Of a stretch of 64,000 nt of DNA, positions 44,694 through 53,550 are shown in pieces. Source of the DNA: a virus; IMG/VR virus record IMGVR_UViG_3300008121_000011; one strand, written 5' to 3'. Within the stretch, counting starts at the first letter, position 1, and every line of letters starts with the position of its first letter. Under the pieces are notes generated by a model. It had not been told where the DNA came from. It did no database searches and saw only the letters and a list, made by a program, of their open reading frames with translations. The position numbers and the translations under genes are program-made.

Positions 44694-45561
44694 AGCTTAG
44701 TTGTACTTGTTTGCTTGGCATTTTAGCGATCGCCTGTAAGTCTGAGCGGATATTCTTCGAGCGATCGCATATCCATAATTTTTCGGTACGCTTTGTATCG
44801 TGCTTAGTCCGCGATCGCCCATTTGATGCGGACATAGTTGCTTCTATCTCTACGCACTTTTGCGCCGATTTAGGTGCGATATTTTGATGGTAGTTGCTTA
44901 GCACATAGCTACTTTCGCAAGCGTCAAGAGCATCGCATAGGGCTTGATAATCGTCTAGGGTGTATCCGTCGTAATGCCCTTGATTTGTCTCAGGATATGG
45001 AGGATCTGCATAGATAAGACCATGTGGACAGTCCCAACGCTTAATAAAGTCAAGAGCATCCTCACAGCCAATATACACATCTCGCAGTCGCTCAAAACAT
45101 TCTGGCAAGCGATCGGCGCGATTTACCCATGTTGCTGCTGAGTTTTGATTGATTACTTGCGTTGCCCACCCTGCCCCAATTCCATTAGCAAAACTCATAT
45201 TGCATTGAATATAAGTAGCCCAAGCAACTTTTAGATCGCTGTACTCAGATGGATTGTTATAGATTTTTCGCGCCTCACGATACTCTTCTTGGCTGTAAGG
45301 AGTGAGTTCTATCCATCGTGCTAATTCGTTAGGTTGCTCTCTTGCCACGCGCCAGAACGTGATTAATTGCTTATTCAGGTCATTAATTGCTTCGCGGTAA
45401 TAGTGACTATTACCGCGATCTATTTTGCCTTTGGCATAGAGTACCGCGCCGCCTCCAAAGAACGGTTCTACATAAACGGTGTGTGGTATCGCCATGATGT
45501 GAGGGACTATTTGAGTGGCAATACGGTTTTTCCCGCCGTAATAAGAACAGGGTGTTTTCAT
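44686..45561 (-). CDS. dam: DNA adenine methyltransferase (Dam / D12 class)
   Basis: YYGGKNRIA, EPFFGGGAV (SAM-binding) and ADPPYP (DPPY catalytic) motifs. ATG 45561 forms an ATGA overlap with the upstream gene. Confidence 0.85.
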   Translation of the reverse strand: MKTPCSYYGGKNRIATQIVPHIMAIPHTVYVEPFFGGGAVLYAKGKIDRGNSHYYREAINDLNKQLITFWRVAREQPNELARWIELTPYSQEEYREARKIYNNPSEYSDLKVAWATYIQCNMSFANGIGAGWATQVINQNSAATWVNRADRLPECFERLRDVYIGCEDALDFIKRWDCPHGLIYADPPYPETNQGHYDGYTLDDYQALCDALDACESSYVLSNYHQNIAPKSAQKCVEIEATMSASNGRSRTKHDTKRTEKLWICDRSKNIRSDLQAIAKMPSKQVQLSFI

Positions 45562-46112
45562 ATAGTTACAGATACATTGCCAAGATGCCCACAGCAAGCC
45601 TTAAACTTTTTAGCTGTGAACTTGCCAAAATAAAATAAAGTCTGACTTGTGTCATTGCCAGATTTTTTCTTTTTGCCATCGTTCTTAGGGTTTGTGAACT
45701 CAAGCCGATGGTTAAAAGTCAAATAGCAAACAGAATAATTTTGAGCATCTAAATACCAATTACTAGAAGTATTACTATTCGTAAGCAGGAAAGTATTACC
45801 AATGTGAGCATAGGTTAAAACCATCTCTACAGCCCTCTCAATGTTGCCTTTGGAGTAAGGAGGGTTAACCCATTTATTTGGGTACTGACTCCAATCCTTA
45901 CTAAATGCGTCATCAGCTTTAGTCCAAAAGGTTTGAGCTTGGATGATTTGATTGGCTCTTAGGCAAGAGAACGGATCGAGGTGAAAACCTTTAACTAAGT
46001 CTCGAAATGGGGTTACTGCATATAGTGGAGAATAGTTCTCATCGTTTTCCTTATCTTCATCAGTATTAAGCACCAATGAAATATCAAATAAATTAGGCTG
46101 TAGAGCGATCAT
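45558..46112 (-). CDS. phage-type N6-adenine DNA methyltransferase
   Basis: 184 aa; WVNPPYS catalytic motif, LLTNSNTSSNWY, and a C-terminal pattern typical of the small phage Dam family. Confidence 0.75.
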   Translation of the reverse strand: MIALQPNLFDISLVLNTDEDKENDENYSPLYAVTPFRDLVKGFHLDPFSCLRANQIIQAQTFWTKADDAFSKDWSQYPNKWVNPPYSKGNIERAVEMVLTYAHIGNTFLLTNSNTSSNWYLDAQNYSVCYLTFNHRLEFTNPKNDGKKKKSGNDTSQTLFYFGKFTAKKFKACCGHLGNVSVTI

Positions 46113-46303
46113 AATTTCCTCTCTCCCATAAATTCACCTTTAGCCATCCGCACAAAAGCCGCCTGATCGCTCAAATATTTGATATGCAAGTCTTTCAGCA
46201 TCTCGATCAACACACTGCGATCGCGTATATCTGCAATCTGTTCGCAGAATTGATGATGCGTGAGTTGCTTCTCTAGGGGTAAGTTACTCATGTCCTGTGT
46301 CAT
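46109..46303 (-). CDS. hypothetical protein
   Basis: 64-aa ORF, 4-nt overlaps. Confidence 0.4.
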   Translation of the reverse strand: MTQDMSNLPLEKQLTHHQFCEQIADIRDRSVLIEMLKDLHIKYLSDQAAFVRMAKGEFMGERKL

Positions 46304-46509
46304 GATTGTTTGTCAAATCCAAAATAAAAATATTTCCACGAAATTGAAAAACAATATTTACCGTTGTAAAACTCAAATCTTGAATAAATAGGAACCTTCC
46401 AAATAGCTAAAGTCAGATTCCCCAACTCAATGCGTAAGAGGTTTACGCCCTTGAGTTCATCGTCTTTAGAATCTCCGATTTGAATCATAATCCCTTCAAC
46501 TCTTTCCAC
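46300..46509 (-). CDS. hypothetical protein
   Basis: 69-aa ORF. Confidence 0.35.
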   Translation of the reverse strand: MERVEGIMIQIGDSKDDELKGVNLLRIELGNLTLAIWKVPIYSRFEFYNGKYCFSISWKYFYFGFDKQS

Positions 46510-46706
46510 TCAGTAACCAACATTCTGAATGCCGCCAAGTCCTGATTAATTTGGCGATCAACTACAACCTTACCAATTCCGTGATCTGCCATGCGATCGC
46601 GTACCGACTCTACAAGCTTATTGATGGCTTGCTCTGTACCTGCGATCGCGTCTTGTCTGATTTGTGCGTTCATAATAATATTTCCGACCGTCATAATTTC
46701 ACACAC
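46485..46706 (-). CDS. hypothetical protein
   Basis: 73-aa ORF. Confidence 0.35.
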   Translation of the reverse strand: MCEIMTVGNIIMNAQIRQDAIAGTEQAINKLVESVRDRMADHGIGKVVVDRQINQDLAAFRMLVTEWKELKGL

Positions 46707-46966
46707 CTAACTAGTGGTTTGCCATACGCTGTTAGAGTTACAGCGCCATGCTCTTCTAATAAATTCTGGAAGTCAAATAAGCTTTTACGCATCGCGTCAA
46801 CTCCAATCTGTTTATCTTGAGTATCAGATTTAGCTTTAACAATCGTGAATATAGGCAACTGGTTAGAGGTTACGATATATTCTTTTTTACCAGCTGCCAC
46901 GGGGCGACATATGCGAGTAGGGGCTTTACGAAACTCTGAGATTGTGATGTATTCTGCTACAATCAT
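46691..46966 (-). CDS. Phd/YefM-like antitoxin-fold protein (weak)
   Basis: 91 aa; ITISEFRKAP...KEYIVTSNQLPIFTIV resembles the Phd/YefM N-terminal pattern. Confidence 0.35.
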   Translation of the reverse strand: MIVAEYITISEFRKAPTRICRPVAAGKKEYIVTSNQLPIFTIVKAKSDTQDKQIGVDAMRKSLFDFQNLLEEHGAVTLTAYGKPLVRCVKL

Positions 46967-47085
46967 TTACTTTACCCAATGCTTAGCGATAATCCTTCCA
47001 TTATCTCTTTCCAAATAATTTAATAATGCGATCGCGCCTACCCTTGATCGCGTGAATGTGGCTTCCAGTAGGGGAAGGGGATAAT

Positions 47086-47187
47086 TTAGCTGTTAGCCCA
47101 AAAAACACCAAAAAGAGGAACAACAAAAACTAAAACCGCAAAAAACAACCACATAAAAATGTCGAGAAATGCCCCAATGTTTTTCAT
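47086..47187 (-). CDS. 33-aa hydrophobic peptide
   Basis: MKNIGAFLDIFMWLFFAVLVFVVPLFGVFWANS; one transmembrane helix; downstream of the repeat gene. Confidence 0.3.
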   Translation of the reverse strand: MKNIGAFLDIFMWLFFAVLVFVVPLFGVFWANS

Positions 47188-47223
47188 GGAGTGCCAATTT
47201 TTCAGACATAATCTTTTCTTTCC

Positions 47224-47530
47224 TTGATAGTTGTTAGCCATAGCCATAGCCATAGCCAGAGCCATCGCCAGAGCCAGAGCCATCGCCATAGCCATAGCCA
47301 GAGCCATCGCCAGAGCCAGAGCCGTAGCCAGAGCCATAGCCAGAGCCATAGCCATAGCCAGAGCCATAGCCAGAGCCATCGCCATAGCCATAGCCAGAGC
47401 CATAGCCATAGCCATCGCCATAGCCAGAGCCATCGCCAGAGCCATAGCCATCGCCATAGCCAGAGCCATCGCCATAGCCATGGCCAGAGCCATCGCCAGA
47501 GCCAGAGCCAGAGTCAGAGTCATAATCAGT
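47224..47530. repeat. about 300 bp of imperfect hexanucleotide repeats (GCCATA/GCCAGA/GCCATC)
   Basis: Read directly in the sequence; at least four reading frames, two per strand, are open across it in the ORF track. Confidence 0.95.
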
Positions 47531-47545
47531 ATTTAGATCTTCCAT
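47234..47545 (-). CDS. Gly/Tyr/Ser/Asp low-complexity protein
   Basis: 103 aa, MEDLNTDYDSDSGSGSGDGSGHGYGDGSGYG... This frame is preferred because its ATG overlaps the stop region of 47533..47820. Confidence 0.45.
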   Translation of the reverse strand: MEDLNTDYDSDSGSGSGDGSGHGYGDGSGYGDGYGSGDGSGYGDGYGYGSGYGYGDGSGYGSGYGYGSGYGSGYGSGSGDGSGYGYGDGSGSGDGSGYGYGYG

Positions 47546-47820
47546 ACAGCAACCTCCGCGATTGAATCTTTCGCGATTTCTGTCACTGACAGAATTTCAA
47601 TCACTTCAGTGACTATGATTCTGTCAACTTCCGCAGGAAATTTGCAATTACTAGGATCACTAGTTCCTGTTTGAGCTAGCTGAGAAAGGGATGCTGCCCC
47701 TGCCCATTTCCATAAACGCCGAGCGTTGCGTATTGTTGCTTGCTTACCTTCAAAAGCTTCAAGAAATCCCGCGAATACACCCGCGCTGTAAGTTCGCACA
47801 ATTACATATTGATCAATCAT
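47533..47820 (-). CDS. conserved-looking phage protein
   Basis: 95-aa ORF, YVIVRTYSAGVFAGFLE...ARRLWKWAGAASLSQLA. Confidence 0.45.
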   Translation of the reverse strand: MIDQYVIVRTYSAGVFAGFLEAFEGKQATIRNARRLWKWAGAASLSQLAQTGTSDPSNCKFPAEVDRIIVTEVIEILSVTEIAKDSIAEVAVWKI

Positions 47821-47951
47821 TTATCCGCACCTCTGTTTGTGTTAATCGTTAATCTCTTAACTTTTTACATAATAGTACAATCCTTACAAAACATACAATA
47901 CCCTAACCATAACTATCCATCACAATAAACCCGCAAAACATAGACTAAAAT

Positions 47952-49127
47952 CTATGGCTGGATATCGCGATACCGTAGCAGACTGCACTCGTTATCAGGG
48001 GCGGCTTTACGGAACTCTAATCCGTAAGCGCTGTAATCGAATCTGTGGGTTTTCCTAAAGGTATTCCTAGCAAATGGACATCCTCTAGATATTGCAAGCT
48101 GATAAGCCATCTCTAGCGTCATCCATTCGTTCTCAAATTCTGTTGCTTGCACCCGTGAGAAGAAAGAAATCTCATGATGATCGCGATTGTAGCGATGGAT
48201 TTCCCCTGCTACAGAGCGATTGTAGAGAAGTTTGGATAATTTTCTTAGCTCAATATTCTCGCCTAGCAGCTCGTTCAGCTTGTAAGCAATTGTTACAGCA
48301 TCCTGCCATTTATCGGTAAGCACTGAGTTAATCTGCTCAGTCGAGATAATCCGTTTAGCGACTCCCTTCTGTTTGTCTGATTCAACTTTCTTTCTGGTGC
48401 GTGTGCGTTTTGGATTACTCCAATCAAGTAGCAATTTAGAAACATCAGGGTGCATCCTATACCGTTTTTTGAGCGATGGTAGATACACTTTTAGGCTTGC
48501 ATATTCACCACTGCTAGTTTTGTAAGCAAGCAAAGCTTTAATCCGTTGACCATCGGGGCGATCGCGGATCGGTGGTTTTTGTCGTGGGCATAACGGGGCA
48601 CTGTAGGCAAAAAAGCTGTATAGATTCAGGATTGATTGCAAACCACTCAGACAGGGCTTTAGGCACGCAAAAACATATAGATACGTTGGTGATTTGCGAT
48701 CCGTTAATCTTTGACCTCGTACTCGTTTACGTGGCTTTTTGGGTTTTGGCTTTGTCGCAACATTCTTGGGCGGCTTTGTCTTTGGGCGATCGTTTTTCGG
48801 TTTTGGCGGTGGAGCTGCGATCGTCTCTAACTCTGGTTCAAGCCTAGCTTTTGGCGGTTGTAGTTTTGGCGCATCACCAATATGCAAAACTTTGCGATCT
48901 AATAGGGATTTCCAGAGGCTAGACCATTGATTTCTGAGCGCTAAATACTGAGCTACGAATAACGCATTAGTGGCAATAGCGCGATCATCTTTGAGCTTGC
49001 GCCTTTGCTCATGTTCTGCGATCGCACTTAGGATCGGCGCAACTTGCCGCCATATTGCGGGGCTGGTATCAGGGGATGGGATAGAGGGGATGCAGATGGG
49101 GAGGGATGGTTTCATAGTTTTACGCAA
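47952..49127 (-). CDS. hypothetical protein with Pro/Lys-rich linker, adjacent to iterons
   Basis: 391-aa ORF; central PPPKPKNDRPKTKPPKNVATKPKPKKPRK; may be replication-associated by position. Confidence 0.45.
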   Translation of the reverse strand: MRKTMKPSLPICIPSIPSPDTSPAIWRQVAPILSAIAEHEQRRKLKDDRAIATNALFVAQYLALRNQWSSLWKSLLDRKVLHIGDAPKLQPPKARLEPELETIAAPPPKPKNDRPKTKPPKNVATKPKPKKPRKRVRGQRLTDRKSPTYLYVFACLKPCLSGLQSILNLYSFFAYSAPLCPRQKPPIRDRPDGQRIKALLAYKTSSGEYASLKVYLPSLKKRYRMHPDVSKLLLDWSNPKRTRTRKKVESDKQKGVAKRIISTEQINSVLTDKWQDAVTIAYKLNELLGENIELRKLSKLLYNRSVAGEIHRYNRDHHEISFFSRVQATEFENEWMTLEMAYQLAISRGCPFARNTFRKTHRFDYSAYGLEFRKAAPDNECSLLRYRDIQP

Positions 49128-49222
49128 ATGTTAGAAATGTTAAGCTGTATAGAGTAATCTCTATGATAAGTGTGTGTAGTATATGTATTACACAATGTAG
49201 TATTAATATATTTCTATTTTTT

Positions 49223-49429
49223 TTGTAACGTTGTAACACTTACATATAGAACGTATATACAGTAAGTATTTAGATGTGTTACAAGAAGTGTTACAAGGTG
49301 TATATTCAGTAATATTTTAGTAACGCATTACATGTATTTTTGGAAGTGTTACAAGTGTGTTTGAGGTTGTAACGCTTGTCTAACCTATACAGAGTATGCG
49401 ATTAAGGTTAAGTGTTACAGTGTTACAAG
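49223..49429. repeat. iteron cluster, putative replication origin
   Basis: GTGTTACAAG at 49276, 49288, 49346 and 49420. GTGTTACAG at 49412. Inverted TTGTAACAC at 49231 and TTGTAACG at 49223 and 49367. AT-rich flanks. Confidence 0.6.
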
Positions 49430-49493
49430 GTATATAGGGAAAGTTGACATAAAAAAATACTAGTAAGTTTAATTTTCATACTTGCAACAAATA

Positions 49494-51581
49494 CTAGAAA
49501 AATTCATCATCATCACTCGTGCTGTTAAGGACAGGTGGAGGTGTAGTTGGACTTTTCCAAATATCCTGTCTAGTCGGATCTGATAAATTTGGATATCGCA
49601 TAGGTGTTCGAGGTTGTACAGCGATCGGTACTTGCTTGGGAGTCATGGGATAAAGCGCTTTACCTTTATCGGTTAACATCCAAACACCAAAACGAGATCC
49701 TTGTGGTTTTTGCGACTCTACAAGCCCTTTGTTTTTTGCGCGATGCATTGCAACTCTGAGTGTCGAAACTGTCGTAGAGCATCGAATAGCTAACTCATCA
49801 GCAGGCATTGAGCCATCCTTTAACACTCCTAAAGCTATAGAGGTTACGTCATCATGGATTTTTCCTGATTTTGTTTCCCCCAAATAGGAAAACACGCCCT
49901 TTTCTTTCCAGTCTTCAGTTTGATTAAATTCAAGATCTAAAAATAGCTTCTCGCTGTCCCTAGTTTTAGGCATTGTGAGCTTAAGCAAGTTGCAGTCTGG
50001 ATTATCAGGGGCGGCGCTTTCTAATCTCCAGACTGCCCAAACAGGTGCGGTAATTCGCAAACTACCGCTCTCTGTTCCTGTTTTGTTAAGGTGATGGATT
50101 AACAAGCTAGCAGCGTTATAGTTGCCTAGTAGATCACGCAATCTATAAATTGCGTGTGCAAATTCAGCGTCGTTTTCGGATATGCCACTATTTAGGGTGA
50201 TGGAAGTTAATGAATCAACTACAACGAAATCAGGTTTAAACGTGTCTAGTTCCTGCTCTAATTGACGCAACATCTCAAGCCTGAAATTAGAGATGATTCG
50301 CACATTGTCACTAAATTCTGGTAGTTGATCCGTCCCCATTTCCCTAAATCTTTTGCGAGTTGTGCGATCGCTTTGATCGCCTGAAATAAACATCACCTTG
50401 CATGATTTCATTGCAGATTCATTAAGAAAAATACTGCCCTCTCTAAGTAGTTTATGCATGAGAAACATTGCAAAAATAGACTTGCCTCGACCAGGAGAAC
50501 CAGATAATAAAATCATCTCTCCGACTGCCATCATGTTAGATACCAGCCAATTAATTTCTGCATCGCCTTCATTCATGAAATCTTTAGCCGATCTGCTAAC
50601 CATCGGGGCGGTATACATATCAGCCGATTTAATGGCTACGCACTTATCAAAAGATGGTTTGTCAATCTTGTGAGCTAGCCTAATATCTCTAGCTAAGGTC
50701 ATCTGCCTAATAGGATCTGTCTCAGCTAGCCAATACTTGATGCTTTGCTCTAGCTTTGTGTTTTCATCAATGTTGACATCAGGAGCGATCGCATCTCCAA
50801 TGACTTCAGTTATTTTTGTGACAGCATCTTGGATGGTCTTCTTGTCTGCACCGTCATTAATCCAGTCTGCGACATCCAAACCGCCGTTACTTGGTAAATG
50901 TTGCCAAAAGAAATTGTGGGGCGGGGCTAAAAGCTGTTTTAAAGGCGTTGATTTTGCCTCAAGAGCTAATCTAGCCTTAGTCATAAACTCAACGCCTGTA
51001 ATGTCTCGATCTGGGCATAGCACAACCCATTTGCAAGCTGAAAGTATATCAATGTGTTCTTGGCTAAAAGTTTTACCGCGAATCGTAGTGGCAACAAAGC
51101 CCAAATCATTTAGAGCTTTCGCACAGCTTTCTCCTTCAACTAGAAATACATGACGTTCCTTGGCTGCGATTACAGCCTCTTGATTGAATAAGGGGAATGA
51201 AGTTTCTGGAATATCCCCCAAACCCGATCGCGTATTCCATTGACCTTCTCTAAATAAGTACGGATATACACCTTGTTTCTTTCCTTCAGCGTATTTCGTG
51301 ATGACTTTGAGAACTGGTATACTGTCTCTTGTGTAAATGTACTCAATCGTCTTGTCAGGTCGTGGAGCCTTCTCTTCTACCTTCAACTTCAAAAACGGGA
51401 AACCTTCTTTGTCTGTTGTGTCTGTCTCTTCTAAATAATCAGGCAACAGCAAAGAATCCCTTTTTAACCTAGTACAAAGCACTCTAGAAGTATCACCAGT
51501 TCCGATCGTATAGCACCAATCTCCTTTTAAACAAACAGGGCATGGATTTGACTTGGATACCCTTATTCTTTCAGCTAGCAT
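49494..51581 (-). CDS. bifunctional primase-helicase (Zn finger + TOPRIM + RecA/DnaB-like ATPase)
   Basis: 695 aa; CPVCLKGDWC, TOPRIM VFLVEGES and CPDRD, Walker A GSPGRGKS, Walker B FVVVDSL, C-terminal winged-helix-like region. Confidence 0.8.
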   Translation of the reverse strand: MLAERIRVSKSNPCPVCLKGDWCYTIGTGDTSRVLCTRLKRDSLLLPDYLEETDTTDKEGFPFLKLKVEEKAPRPDKTIEYIYTRDSIPVLKVITKYAEGKKQGVYPYLFREGQWNTRSGLGDIPETSFPLFNQEAVIAAKERHVFLVEGESCAKALNDLGFVATTIRGKTFSQEHIDILSACKWVVLCPDRDITGVEFMTKARLALEAKSTPLKQLLAPPHNFFWQHLPSNGGLDVADWINDGADKKTIQDAVTKITEVIGDAIAPDVNIDENTKLEQSIKYWLAETDPIRQMTLARDIRLAHKIDKPSFDKCVAIKSADMYTAPMVSRSAKDFMNEGDAEINWLVSNMMAVGEMILLSGSPGRGKSIFAMFLMHKLLREGSIFLNESAMKSCKVMFISGDQSDRTTRKRFREMGTDQLPEFSDNVRIISNFRLEMLRQLEQELDTFKPDFVVVDSLTSITLNSGISENDAEFAHAIYRLRDLLGNYNAASLLIHHLNKTGTESGSLRITAPVWAVWRLESAAPDNPDCNLLKLTMPKTRDSEKLFLDLEFNQTEDWKEKGVFSYLGETKSGKIHDDVTSIALGVLKDGSMPADELAIRCSTTVSTLRVAMHRAKNKGLVESQKPQGSRFGVWMLTDKGKALYPMTPKQVPIAVQPRTPMRYPNLSDPTRQDIWKSPTTPPPVLNSTSDDDEFF

Positions 51582-51707
51582 TCTTCTTTTTCTCCGCGAT
51601 TTTCTCAGATTCGATCAAAAGTTTATCCACAATCTTACTGCTAGTTTTTGTGTAAGGCAGTGAGGTAATAATGCTAGTAGTAATGTCTATTACTGATTTT
51701 TTAACGC

Positions 51708-51866
51708 TCATGCTTTTACCCCTGCATCGGCGATCGCTTTCTCAAGGGCTTCAACCAAAATCTCGGATATTGGCTTATCAAGAGTTTTTGATGCGATCGC
51801 CGCATCAGTTCGGAATTTTCGGGTAACTCGAACATTAATCAATACGTTGTCATCAGGTTGTTTCAT
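51708..51866 (-). CDS. 52-aa ribbon-helix-helix-like protein (below track cutoff)
   Basis: MKQPDDNVLINVRVTRKFRTDAAIASKTLDKPISEILVEALEKAI shows a beta-alpha-alpha pattern; ATGA overlap with the next small ORF. Confidence 0.4.
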   Translation of the reverse strand: MKQPDDNVLINVRVTRKFRTDAAIASKTLDKPISEILVEALEKAIADAGVKA

Positions 51867-51934
51867 AATCTTTTTTGTGTAGATGTCTATAATTGTAGAC
51901 TATTTTAAGTAAAGTAAATCACAAATTTATCAAT

Positions 51935-51982
51935 AAAAAGCCCTGAATGCATAGAGTTTTGTTTATGCATTCAGGGCTTTTT
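51935..51982. terminator. bidirectional terminator
   Basis: A5, 13-bp stem gccctgaatgcat/atgcattcagggc, then T5. Confidence 0.7.
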
Positions 51983-51983
51983 A

Positions 51984-52190
51984 TTATTTCACTTCATCAT
52001 TAATTTTTTGTTGCCAAATCTGATGTTTGAGTTTTTTATTCACGGTTTGAACGGGATGCGCGATCGCAAGTTGCCAAGGTTTCTTATGACGCGGATCGCC
52101 TTCCATAATGGCTAGTGACCACGCCCGATCTCCTCCGTGCTTAGCGATTGCGATACGTTTTAAATCGTTAAGAGATTGTGGTTTACTCAC
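51984..52190 (-). CDS. hypothetical protein
   Basis: 68-aa ORF, 4-nt overlap upstream. Confidence 0.4.
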   Translation of the reverse strand: MSKPQSLNDLKRIAIAKHGGDRAWSLAIMEGDPRHKKPWQLAIAHPVQTVNKKLKHQIWQQKINDEVK

Positions 52191-52396
52191 GCCGCCACCT
52201 CAGACTTAGCGATCGCCGCTTTATAAAACTTTTCGAGATTGCGTTGCATCGCGCCATGATGATCGGCTTTGCGATGACCTTCTAAAAAATCAATCAAATC
52301 AGCGCCAGAAATTTTAACCCTTGGTTTTGACTTTTTGCTCTTATCAAAAATACGAACCCATCCACTGCGATCGCCGCCAATAAAACTGTAATTCAT
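52187..52396 (-). CDS. hypothetical protein
   Basis: 69-aa ORF, 4-nt overlaps. Confidence 0.4.
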   Translation of the reverse strand: MNYSFIGGDRSGWVRIFDKSKKSKPRVKISGADLIDFLEGHRKADHHGAMQRNLEKFYKAAIAKSEVAA

Positions 52397-52656
52397 GCTA
52401 AACGCTCCTTAGCTTTTGCCATTTCACCGTTGCCTAATGCTTTACGCAAATCCTCTATTGATTGCAGTTTTTCTGCTGGCGGTTCAGTAGCGATCGCCAA
52501 ACCTTTAATATTTGCTCTAGCAATCAAATCATCGATCGCTGCTTCGATAGTGTCGTTAATTGTTTCTCCCAAAACCTCAGACGCAATTCGGGCGTTACGG
52601 TGTTTGTCAGGGGGGATATAAGCCTTAACTTGGCTGTGTGTAGCTGCTTTGCCCAT
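52393..52656 (-). CDS. hypothetical protein (RHH-like N-terminus possible)
   Basis: 87-aa ORF. Confidence 0.4.
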   Translation of the reverse strand: MGKAATHSQVKAYIPPDKHRNARIASEVLGETINDTIEAAIDDLIARANIKGLAIATEPPAEKLQSIEDLRKALGNGEMAKAKERLA

Positions 52657-52778
52657 CGCTTTTTTGTTTACCTAAACTTGATTACTTAATAAGTATGGTA
52701 CGATTGTACGCAAATAAACCATTAATTTACAAATCCCAACCCTGTAAAGCATAGATATTTCTCTATGTGTGGCGACAC

Positions 52779-52802
52779 AAAAAAGCTGCTATCTAAGCAG
52801 CT
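52779..52802 (-). terminator. rho-independent terminator
   Basis: Minus strand: stem agctgct/agcagct with a 5-nt loop, followed by T6. Confidence 0.6.
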
Positions 52803-52809
52803 CCCAAAA

Positions 52810-53130
52810 CTATGTTTTTGTTAATTTCCGTTCAACCTTTGCAACAACTTGCCTGATGTTCTCAGGATCGCGCCCTAGCTTTTCGGCTGTTGCGACAACT
52901 TTGCGATCGCACTCGATCCAAGTTGTGTAAATCTCCCATTGCAAGGGAGTAATCCCAAAATACTTAAGCACAATTGCTTGTACTGTATGCGATGCGTTGT
53001 CGCCAATAGCGGCGATCGCATCTCCTAAGATGGGGCTAAAACAGTAGGAATATGTTTTAGCCTTTATTTCGGGCGGTTTCTTAGGTCTACCGCCTCCGCG
53101 AGACCCGCCTCTAGGCATAAATAACACCAT
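52810..53130 (-). CDS. putative DNA-binding regulator
   Basis: 106 aa; Gly/Arg-rich N-terminus PRGGSRGGGRPKK and C-terminal HTH-like VVATAEKLGRDPENIRQVVAKVERKL. Confidence 0.4.
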   Translation of the reverse strand: MVLFMPRGGSRGGGRPKKPPEIKAKTYSYCFSPILGDAIAAIGDNASHTVQAIVLKYFGITPLQWEIYTTWIECDRKVVATAEKLGRDPENIRQVVAKVERKLTKT

Positions 53131-53482
53131 CTGGATCGTCGGCTTCTACTTCTTCACCGTCTTCATTGCGAAGAGTTTTTACTTTTTCGGGTCTGAGTGA
53201 AGCCAGTTTAAAATCTTCTTGTAATACCTTGATTAAAGATGCAACTTCAGACTGAATGCCATACTTGAAGCCAAAATAACCACCTTTAAATTCGCTGTCA
53301 ATTGCCTTGATCGAAAAGTAGCCATTGCCAAAGTAGACTCTAATTTCGTCATCTTTTTTATCCCATACACGAGCTCTTACAAAACCAGCAGCTCTGTTAT
53401 GCCATTCAGATCCTTTTGATTGATTCCAAAGAGTTTGTAATTTTTGTGCAAACTCTAAACCCGAAATTAGTTGTTGTGTCAT
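53111..53482 (-). CDS. hypothetical protein
   Basis: 123-aa ORF, first gene after promoter copy B. Confidence 0.45.
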   Translation of the reverse strand: MTQQLISGLEFAQKLQTLWNQSKGSEWHNRAAGFVRARVWDKKDDEIRVYFGNGYFSIKAIDSEFKGGYFGFKYGIQSEVASLIKVLQEDFKLASLRPEKVKTLRNEDGEEVEADDPDGVIYA

Positions 53483-53492
53483 TGCTTTGTTC

Positions 53493-53550
53493 CTTTGTTT
53501 AACTCAATAACCTATTATTGATCACCCTATAGGTTTTGTCAATAGCAAAA
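53493..53550 (-). promoter_or_regulatory. repeated promoter cassette (copy B)
   Basis: The reverse complement matches 25563-25621 over about 55 nt, including TTGACA and the 5'UTR. Confidence 0.55.

Noticed and set aside
47086-47565. Alternative frames over the hexamer repeat: (ALAMAM)n at 47086..47523 on the minus strand, and SHSHSQ and IAIARA on the plus strand
   Set aside because: The 6-nt periodicity keeps multiple frames on both strands open. Only the Gly/Tyr frame has a start coupled to the upstream gene. The transmembrane tail of the ALAMA frame is explained by a separate 33-aa ORF. A frameshift fusion was not completely excluded.
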